64,000 nt of DNA from Podarcis erhardii (lineage: Eukaryota). The DNA lies in the NCBI GenBank assembly GCA_964252035.1, contig OZ176206.1; one strand, 5' to 3'. The notes under the pieces were generated by a model. It worked only from the letters and a program-made list of their open reading frames with translations, had not been told where the DNA came from and ran no database searches. Shown piece by piece: positions 26,501 through 36,295 of the stretch (positions are counted from its first letter, which is position 1; every line of letters begins with the position of its first letter). The translations under genes and the position numbers were made by a program.

Positions 26501-29500
26501 CTCTTCAGGAACTGGGGGGCAGCAGTGATGCCATCACCATGGAGACGCCTCTCATCAGCATCTATACACACAGGTAAGCTACCAGGCTTGCAGCCACTGG
26601 GTAACGGGGAAGGTAGGAAGCTTGACTGGTCTGGGAAGGGAAGGGAAGGGAAGGGAGAAAGATCTTGGCAGGAAGTGTCCAAGGGAAAAGGCCTTGAGGT
26701 AGCCATCTGACCTTCCCTCATCATGGCAGCTGGCTCACATTTGCCTGGCTGTCCTGCAGATTGGCAACTCTCCTGAGGCACCCTGATCCCAGGCACCATC
26801 TGCTGTGCCCTGGCTCTAACCCTAACTCTCTTTGTCTCCCTGGCTCAGGGTGAACTCTTCCAGGCTGGGCAATATGGCGTTCTCCTTCCCTGGCAACCCA
26901 TGGGCAGCCAGAGTCATTTTGCCAGAGCAGTCTGCGCTGGGCGCCGTCATGCCACAGAATATCCCAGTGGATGTGCAGGTAAGACGGAGCAGGAGTGTGT
27001 GGCTGGCCCTCTCCTTTGGACTGGGCACAGGGGCCTTCCCTTTCCATGGAACGCAAACTCTCCTCTGGCATCTGCTGCTACCCCAGGAGGAGAAGGAAGG
27101 TAGAGAGCACCCAGGCAACAAGTCACTTGCTGTGCTGTGGAATGCACTGGGGCCCAGCACTCAGAAGTGACTTGGCTCCTTCAAATCAGCCTGATGATGC
27201 ACCCAGAGGCATCTTCACTCCCTCCCTCTTCTGGAGCCTCATGCTTCTGGGTTGGACTCCAAACATTTCATGACACCCCCCTTGCCAACACCCCTGCAAC
27301 CAAGGCCCTCTGTCTTGGCCCTACTCAATCTACCTACCCAGTGCTTCCAACAGTAAGCAGCCATGTTTCAAAAAATGGGGAGCAGAGCGTGAGGGGGGGG
27401 GGAGCGCCCAGCCATCCTGCCGAGTGTGGCCATGTGGCCGAGCAGGCATGGCTGGTGGGTCAGGCCCCCTCAGCAGTGGCGCTGCCCTTTCTTCTTCTCT
27501 CCCTCTCTCTTTAGATGGTGAGCTTCCTGGGCAGCCCCTTTCCCCCGAGCTCTGGGGAAGGGGTCCCAGGAGCTGTAGCTGAACTGAACCTCCTTTCTGA
27601 GGGCAGCCAGATCAGCGTTAGCAACCTGAGCACCCCTGTCCAGGTATGTCCTGCCTAGAGACTTTGGGCTGAGTGGAGCCTTCCTCCCTGTAAGGGGGTG
27701 GGCTATTGAGCATCTCCAGAGGGCAAGGACAGCCCTCCAGGATCATTTCTCATGGCAGGATCTCATAGTGTGGAGATCAGCTGGATTAGCCACCAGGTAA
27801 GCCAGCCGCTTAGCCTGGGAGAGCCTACAGTACAGGGTCTGGTCTCTCTGTCATCATCCTTCCCTCTCTCCCGCCGCAGCTCACCTCCATCAGTGAGGCT
27901 ACCTCTGCTCCGGGTGAGAGCCTGAGGCAGCTGCTCATCTCACTGTGGTGGTGCAGTAGCAGCCAGTGACATCCTGCTCTCTTTTCCTATCCCAGATTTT
28001 CCTGCCCCGGGTTGGGCCTACAGCCCCTGCCGAGCCAGCTGCCTTCCTCTCTCCAGGGGAGGCCCTCCTTCTGACTGCGAACGTGACATGGACAGGGGGA
28101 TCCCTGATGATCCACGCTCACCTGGACCCTGTGGGGCCTCTGGAGCTCTTCTTGCAGCCAAGCGAGCAACTCCGGGAGCCCATTGAGCCCAACGTTGGCC
28201 TGGGTATAGCAGGGGGACAGAAGAGCTGGCTTCTGCTTCCACTTTTGGCCTGGGGAGTGTGAGGACCTCTTCCTAAAATGGTTAACCTTTTGTGTTGCCC
28301 CCCCCCCGCCCCCATCTCCTGCAGATGGCTACACTTGGCTAGTGAAGGAGGAAGTTCTTCGTGACCTGAGAGGAGCCCTTCAGTTCCTGGTGGTGCCACT
28401 GAACCTCTCTGCCAGCCAGGGTCCTGCCACCTTACATGTCAGCACCTATGGGATCCAGTGTGTCTCCCGGCACCTGCCTGATGCCCAGTGGCGAGAGGCA
28501 GGCTGCAAGGTGAGTCTTGGCGTTCAAGAAACAAAGGAAATCTGGGTACCAGAGGCAGGGAAGAATCAGAATAGCTGCCTCTGGTCCTTAATAACACTTC
28601 TATCCCATTTCAAGACCATACTGCCTGCTTCTTTATTTAAAGCATCTGGATCTCTGTTTTGTGAAAAATATCCAAGGTGATCTGCTGCCCAGAAGCGCCC
28701 TTAATCCCACCCTGTTTGCAGGTAGGAAAGAGCAGCAGCCTGGCGGAAGTCCACTGCCTCTGCACCCACCTCTCCTTCTTTGGCAGCAGCTTCTGGGTGG
28801 CGCCAGTCCAGCTGGATGTGGTGCGCACAGCAGAGTACTTTAGCCAGGTGAACAAGAACCCAGTTCTGGTTGTGGTCCTGGGAGTCGTCTATGCCCTCTA
28901 CTTGGTGGGGGTGGCCTGGGCCCGCTGGTTGGACACACGCCCCCTGCACCAGGTAAGTTGCTGGGGGTGAGAGGGCCGGAGGTAAGGGGGGGGGGTCTGG
29001 CAGCAAGCAGCACAAACTCACATGCCCTTGGCAGATCTTAGGTGGTGATGCTCTCAGAAGGGCAGGTCATGCAGCAACAGCCACCATTTGGAGACTGAAC
29101 TCTTGGAGGGTCTCCAGCGGCTCTCCCATGCCATGTGGAGAATAAAGGACTCTGATCTCCACCCCCTCCACCCCTAAAGGGTGTGGCTGGCTAGGGGCGG
29201 GGAAGGCTTCTTATTTTCTACAAATGGTCATGACTGCATTTTGCTCTCTATAAACATACAGCTGAGTGAGATGCAGCTAACTCTGTTCTGTCTAACAATT
29301 CCATGTGGATTTAAGGTTTGCACATCTCTTCACCAGCAAAAGAGATCCCCTTATTCTGGTCTTCACTGGGGCCAAGTGGGAAGGACAACTGTATGTATGG
29401 GGCCTCAGCGCTCTCTGCTCTCCTGCGCTGCTCCATGGCAGAGCATGACCCTAGAAACGCCACCCCTCACACCTCTCTCCCTCTCTCAGGCAGGGCCAGT

Positions 29501-32500
29501 CCTCCTGTCCGATGATGATCCCTGTGCCCAGTATGGCTACCTTCTCCAGATCTCCCTGCATGGGCAGCAGAAGGCCCCCGGAGGCAGCCCCTGTGTGAGT
29601 GGTCTGCCCTGAGTGATGGAGGGGGTGGGGTGCCTGGTCTTTGCCCCAGAGCTCACCCAGCCCTTTCATCTCCAGCAGGTCTGCATCTGCCTGCAGGGAT
29701 TGTCTGGTGTCAGCAAGCCTCGGCGCCTGCGCCTGGATGCCAGCCTCTTCCTCCTACGGGAGCCATACCCACTGGGAGAGCTCCAGAGCATTTGGTTGTG
29801 GCAGGAGCCCCACTCCGCTCCACAGCTGCCCTGGTCAGTCTGCCCAGAAGTAGGGTGGGCGGGTCACATCCCACTTGGAGACATTGTGCTGGCATGCGGA
29901 CACTGTCCACCTCCCATGGCTTGGCTCTGGGTGCCAGCCTGCCTCTGCTGGATATGCCACAATTCTCCCTCTCTCTGAATGGGGCAGAGGTGGTTATTGT
30001 GTCAGGGTGGCCATCCTCAGGCACCCTGAGGAGGTGGGGCTGGGGGCGGGTCAGCAGCACACCCGGCACTCGTCCAGCAGGGAAGCCTCCTGCCTCTGCC
30101 TGACAGGACCTTCTTCTAAGTGGGGCACTAAGAGCACCAGCCTCCTGCCTGGCACTCATTACCCATCCCCTTCCCTCAGGCATATCGCCTACATCACAGT
30201 TCGAGACCTGCAGCAAAGTAGGAGGTTCCATTTTTCTTGCCAGCCGTGGCACGTCCCAGCAGCAGGGGCCCCACACAGCACTGCCCAGCATTTCCTAGCA
30301 TCTCCACAGCACCAGCCAACAGCATTCTGGTAGGCTTACCAAGAGATGGGGGAGTCTGTTTGGGTGTCCTCAGCCCCCACCTGCCCACTGTGCATGAACT
30401 TAGCAGGCATCTCCAAACCGCCTCCTCCCAGCCAGAGCTAGAGACTCCAGCTGTCTTCCTCCTCTGGCTCTCCCATAGCCTGGCCCACCCACCCATCTTC
30501 CGCTCTCTCTGCAGGCCCATCTTCCGGCAAAGGACCCTGAATGGTCTTCGGGAGGAGCACACAGTGCTGACAGTGCTGCTGACCCGGACAGGCCACGGGC
30601 GGCTCATCACGCGGGTCCAGGGCCTCTCCTGCGGCTTCTGCCTCCTCCTCTGCTCTGCGCTTGTCAGCCTCATGTTCTGGGAGGTGCCCCATGAGTCACC
30701 CGAGCTCCTGAGTGTTGGTAAGGGTTGTGCCACATGGGATATCTCCCAAGGGCCACTGGCATGGAAAAGGGAGCTGTGCAACTCCTCTGCTCCAACTCCT
30801 GCCAGTGGAGGAAAGTCCCTCCTGCCACAACTGGAGGGACAAACACAGCCATACCCTTTGGGCCGGCAGGAGGGAGGTTCATGCATTGTATTAGGACTTT
30901 GGAAGAGCCTGGGTGCAGCTGGATCAGGCCAACTGCGGTGGGATCTAGCCTAGCATCATGCTTCTCACACGATGGCCACCCGATGCCTCCTGGGAAGCCC
31001 ACAAGCAAGGCTCCTCTCCTACATTTGATCCCCTACCCGCTGAATTTGGAGGTATCCTGCGTCTGATTGTGCAGGTAGCAGTTGGTGCCTCCTTCCAGTG
31101 TCCCTGGGACACAAAGAGTGGTGACTGGTAGGTCCACTTGCAGGCACTTTCCCCCCCTGTTGATACACAGGCAGCTGCTTCTCCCTCTCCTGGAAGGACA
31201 TCATGATCAGTGTGGAGAGTGCCTTGATTACCTTCCCCGTCAACTTGCTCCTTGTATTCATTTTCCGCCACGCTGAACCACGCAAGAGCCATGCAAAGCC
31301 TGGCCTGGCAACAGCTGTGCCAAGTGCCCCTGCCAGCCCAACAACCCTGGACACTGTGCATGAGGTAGGGACAAGAGCTCTCCAGGACCCAGGACATTTT
31401 TCCCATTGTGCCTCCCCTTGGAATAAGGCCATGGCTGAGCTGGCAGTGGAGAAGAACCCCCACCTGATCCCCGAAGCCCCACGTCCCCCAGGATCCTTCT
31501 TGCACCAGTGAACTTGGTAGCAGGGAGACGTTTTTGCAATTGCAGATACAGCAAGCACTGGCTTGCCAGAGAGTTTTCTCTGTGGCAGTTATGGGATGGC
31601 TTTTAATAGGTAGGAGAGGATATGTTAATGGTAATTTATCCCTCCAGGTGCCCACATTTGTGGGTTGAACATACAAAGAGATCAGCTTATCGCTTCGTTT
31701 AAAACACAGGGCTGAGCAGAGTTCAAAGTCTCATCCTCAGCAGAAAAATAGAAAGCATAGGAAAAGGCTGTGAAGCATTCATTAAATTCAGTCCAGCCAC
31801 AAAGCAAGCTGGTTGCCCCTTAACAAAGAACCAGACACAGACTGAGAAGTAAGTTTAAAATATGTTTACTTACTCATAGTCATGCAATTGTTCTCAGCAG
31901 CAACAGCAGTAAAATACATGCAGGCAAAATACTTATATTTACAGTATGAACAGCTTGAGGCATGTGGCCAATGCTGGAGTGAGAGGATATATGTCTGCTC
32001 CATTGTTGGTTGAAGAGAAAAGAGAGAGGGAAGGAACAGGAAATACCTTGATTCTTCATTCCCAAGAGAGGAGGGGAAATGACCCCACACAGAACCATCT
32101 CTACCAATTACATTTCTATGGTCCGAGTCTCTCTATCAATAATGTGACCCTATGGTCTTAACGCCTTCACATGCTAACTCACAAAAATATGGATTGTTAG
32201 ATTTGGCTGCAAATCTCCCACAGCACTTCTCCCATCTGCTACATCTTCTTGTGCCCAGCTTTGCCCACCTTACCCTCAGCCAGTTGGGTGCATTTGTGCC
32301 CCAGTCGTCTGCCACTCTCCCGTCTACCCGTGCTTGTCTTTCCCTCCCTAGAGCCTGCGTGGGGCAGTGGAGACGCTGAGCAAAGCCAGCAAGCAGAGCC
32401 AACAGCTTCTACATCCCGACATGGACCTTGAGGAGCTTCTGCAGTGGCTGGCTCGTTTTATCCATCCTGATCCTGGGGAGGAAGAGGAGGCAGCAGGTGA

Positions 32501-33943
32501 GAGCCCAGCCATGCCTGCCTGCCTGCCTGCCTTGGGCAGCCCTGCTAGACCCCCAGAGGATGGTGACGCTGTGGCTTCTGCTTGCAGGGAGGGAGCCCAA
32601 GATCTCCAGTGTGGCGCCCAGTCCTGATGTGCTGCACCAGACCTACTGCAACCGCTACCTCCTCCTGAAGCTGCGGCACATTTCCCGTCTCCTGGGGGAG
32701 CTGGAACCAGGAGTCTCGACAGCCAAGCACCCTCCGGCTCTGCAGCAGCGCGTGGAGGAGATGGCCAGGCGTCTTGAGCTAGCAAGCCCCATCCGGTCTC
32801 ACTCCATGTAGGTAGCTCAAACAAGCTCCGTGAGCAGGCAGGGAAGCCTACCCTGCAGAGCCTCCTCCTCATGCCTTCCTCTTGTTCCTCCACAGCCGAA
32901 GGTGGCACTTGCCCTGGTGGGGCGCCTGGGTGGGGTGGGCCCTGCTGGTCTCCCTCAGCGCAGTGGCCACCTTCTTCTCCTTGCTCTATGGCTTCCACTA
33001 TGGCAAGGAGAGCACCGAACGCTGGCTCATCTCCACTGCCATCTCCATGGGCCAGGCCCTCTTCGTCCTGCAGCCTCTCAAGGTACTTCCCAGCCAGGCT
33101 GAGCAAACCCAGCATTCCAGGGGGGCCTTCTCATGGGAGGTCAGGTTGCCAGACCTCCAAGTCTGATCTGAAGTCTTCAGGTTTGCCTAGTACCCTCCAG
33201 GTGGCAGGTGAAGGGCTTGAATCGCTAGATGGGTGAGAGTTCCAGTGGTGTGTGTGTGTGTACACAGAAGACTGTGTATAGAGGGTGCACACTTTGGACC
33301 AGCAGGAGCTGGATGCAAATTATAGCATAGACACTCTGGAGGACTACCTCCACCCTTCTCCTAATTAACCTCTGTCTCTAGGACCCTTGTGACTATACGT
33401 AGCAGGGTCTGTGCCCCTGACACCACCAGGGGCAGCCCCTAGGTCTCAGGTTTGGGCCCTGAAATCTCAGGGTCTGTGATACTCCTCAACTGGCAACCCG
33501 TAGGGGAAGGGACATCTCAGCAGCAGCAGCAGAAATCATGGTGCACATACTTCTTCCTCATCTCATGTATGTGTCTGCCACCTGCCTGGCTGGGACAGGT
33601 GTCTGGCATTGGAGCACTGCAAACACCCACTGCATCTCCTCTCTTCCTCCCATGAATTTCAAGGGGGTGGGGGAGAATTTAACCAAAGCACCCTCACACA
33701 TACACCAGTTTGTTGTGGTGTTTTGGCACAAAGTGAGGGGCTTGGCTCATCTGGAGAAAGGGAAGCCTGCAGATGCTCCCTCTGTTTTATGGATGGGGGG
33801 AGGCAAAATGGCTGCGGATCCTGCCCATCCCTCTTCTTCCATGAAACCCAATGCAGGTGATAAGCTTTGCCATTTTCTGTGCCCTGATACTGAAGAAAGC
33901 AGAGGATGAAGATGAGGCAGTCCTGGACCTGGAAGACCGGTAA
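23534..33943 (+). CDS. Polycystin-1-like protein, PKD1L2-like membrane region, truncated after TM5 (about 1110 aa): signal peptide, C-type lectin, GAIN/GPS, TM1, degenerate PLAT, TM2-5, short acidic tail; no TOP or pore domain
   Basis: 22 GT-AG exons with consistent phases, 3333 nt in total: 23534-23843, 24220-24348, 24472-24557, 24861-24933, 25575-25630, 25850-25909, 26155-26316, 26446-26573, 26849-26978, 27515-27643, 27996-28203, 28325-28509, 28722-28952, 29490-29594, 29679-29833, 30180-30329, 30515-30717, 31171-31364, 32352-32496, 32588-32807, 32896-33082, 33857-33943. Motifs: MALRRQTAPGLALLLWALC, CYQL..ERLAFEDAQAAC, HPFICEF, VHCLCTHLSFFGS, TRVQGLSC, LPWW...LLYGFHYG...QPLK, then VISFAIFCALILKKAEDEDEAVLDLEDR*. 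Confidence 0.8.
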
Positions 33944-34853
33944 AGGGAGGAAGGAGGCTTGCAGAAGTGGAAAGGCAGGATGAATTGAAGGAGGGAAGGG
34001 GAAAGGGGCCTCTCCAGAGAGGGTGGGGACCTGGACTGCCTCCAAGTAGAGAAGGGCAAAGGTGGCACTGAGAATGTCCCGCACCAACTGCAGAAAACAA
34101 ACTCGAGTTCAAAAAATTCCTTTCAAGACAGGGGCCAGGCAAGAGAAAGGGTTTTCAGTACTACGTCTGTTCCCTCTTCCACCTCCCGTAAGGGAAGGTT
34201 ATGCACACACAGAGAAGAATCACGCCTCTCCACTTTGGATCGGCATGACTAGGAGCCCACCTGGACCATTCCTCTGCTGCTTTGAGTGGCCTGGCAAGGC
34301 AGGCAGGCTTGGTGGAGGAATCCAGTTGCTGGTGTGGGCACCTCTGGTTGCCAAGAGCAGGTAGCCCAGGGCCTGCTCTGGGAGAGGCAGAGGATGCAGA
34401 GTGGCTACACTAGGCATCTCCTGGGCTTGCTAAACAGGAAGGAAACACATTGAACCGAAGTCCCTGCAAGGGCAGGACTGGGACTGTCCCCTGTGGAAGG
34501 GGAGAAGATTGGGGAGGGACTAAAAGGTAGTGACTGGCATGTGCACAGTGGGGGTGGAGAGGAGTCACCACCCAGTGGCAGAGCAGCTGCTTTGCAGGCC
34601 CCCTGCCTTCCTAACTCTTGACACTCCCCATTAAAAAGATCTCGAGTAGTCTCTCTTTGCTCGTGGCCTTGAAACGCCACTGCCAGTCAGACTAGAGCAG
34701 ACATATTAGGTTACCAGTAATTTAACCATCCTAAGGGACACTGCAGCTCCAGGACTGGGGCCAAGGGAGTAGAAAATATGCTGGGAAGCAGTCCTAGGGC
34801 CCCATCCTGACCCACGTCTTCAACCTCTGTGATTGCAGGCTGTGCTCTTTCCA

Positions 34854-34895
34854 GTGATGGGAGGACAACTTTCTGTGATGGGAGGACAACTTTCT
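34854..34895. repeat. Exact 21-bp tandem duplication
   Basis: GTGATGGGAGGACAACTTTCT x2. Confidence 0.95.
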
Positions 34896-35406
34896 GCGAG
34901 GCCACCTTGGCTTTTGCCACGCCATGTGCCCAAGACCTCCAATCAGCCTCTCCAACATGATGTCACCCACACCTGTACAAAGGCCAGGACCATCTCTCTG
35001 GAGGAACGGGAGGGCACAGCATGGGAGGGGGACAGCGAAGTCCCATTCTGTAACCTGCCAATGGAGCCAACCCTGAACTCACTGAGTGTTGAAAGAGTTG
35101 GGATGCAACTCAGCTTGCTGAGGGTTTGCATGAGGTTAAAGTGGATAGAGAAGGGAACCTCCAAGATTGTCTAACTGCCCTTTGATCTCTGTGATGACCT
35201 TTCCTTTACTATTAGACTGATATTCTTAGGGTTCCTGACAGTGACCAAACTTCCTGCTTCCCCCTCTTCCTTCTGAAGCTGAAGGAGAGAGGACATCTAT
35301 GGATGTATCTCTGCCGAGAGTAAAGAGCAAGCATGACTCCCTTGTAGCTTTAAGATTAATTAGCTAAAACTAGGAACTCTTTTCTATCCAAGTATATATT
35401 TCTTAT

Positions 35407-35412
35407 AATAAA
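35407..35412 (+). terminator. Candidate polyadenylation signal of the truncated polycystin-1-like gene
   Basis: AATAAA about 1.46 kb after the TAA, followed by a T/GT-rich tract, and upstream of the PKD1L3 start. Confidence 0.45.
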
Positions 35413-35730
35413 TGGAGCTTTATTATATTCCAATTTTAAGTACTCTGTGTGTGATTGCAATGAAGGCAAGCCTCCTCTCCCCAGTAAGAAGTCCATGTGT
35501 GCTGTGTGCTATCTTGCAAAGTGATTCAGCACTAGGCGCGGCCCACAGTGGTGTCTGTGGAAGCTCTTTCACTCTCTGAGGACTTCATGATTGGCTTCCC
35601 AGGGGCCCAGGCCCAGATCCAGACACCCATTCCCACTTCAAGCCCCCTGGTGGCCCCCTGGCAGTGACATGCAGTAAATTGTAAAACCTCATGTGGCTGG
35701 CTGGAGACTCGCCAGCACTTGTCCAGAAGA

Positions 35731-35960
35731 ATCATAGAACTGTAGTGTTGGAAGGGACCGTGAGGGTCATCTACTCCTACCTCCTGAGGAATCCCACTAG
35801 CACAACCTCCCTGGAAGGGGGGTCCCTTCGCCTCCGTTTAGAAACCTCTAATGAAGGGGAGTCTGCCACCTTCCTGTCTGCCCCACTCCCCAACCCCTTG
35901 AAATCCCATTTCTTGTCACCCAAACTGCTTGATTATCATACAGTTCTTCTTCGGAGGAGT
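35731..35960 (-). mobile_element. CR1 LINE 3' fragment
   Basis: ATCATAGAACTGTAGTGTTGGAAGGGACC..GGTCATCTA, the reverse complement of a typical CR1 3' end. Confidence 0.6.
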
Positions 35961-36249
35961 AAAAGGAATGGGATGTGCCACCTGGGCTCTCAACATTTGC
36001 CTGCCAGCGTGCCTTTTATGCAGCAGACAATGCAGTTGCTCCTCCTTTCTTCCTCGCAGGGGTGCAGACAATGGCATCCTCTTCTTTGCAAACAAGAGGG
36101 CCCATCTCCAGCTGGAGCGCCAGGTGCTGCACCTGTTTAGCCTCTGGGTGTGGCGCTGCTCTGCTCCTCTTTTCAGCAGCTCCCACCTGCTTTCTCAGTT
36201 CGTGGGCTGAGCGTGCACGGTGTGTGTGTGTGGGGGGGGCGGTTTAGAC

Positions 36250-36256
36250 TATTAAA
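36250..36256 (+). promoter_or_regulatory. TATA-like box of PKD1L3
   Basis: TATTAAA 40 nt upstream of the ATG at 36296. Confidence 0.45.
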
Positions 36257-36295
36257 GGGTGGCCCAGGGCCAGCTTGCTCCAAAGAGGGAGCGGC

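Noticed and set aside
33857-33943. Calling the upstream polycystin gene a pseudogene
   Set aside because: No frameshift or internal stop in 22 exons, and all splice sites are canonical despite deep divergence; expression data are needed before using that label
35279-35323. LKERGHLWMYLCRE* faintly resembles the PKD1L3 segment [17 protein letters not shown], suggesting a relic channel-side exon
   Set aside because: Too short, wrong phase, ends in a stop and has no flanking homology; it needs tBLASTn or HMM support
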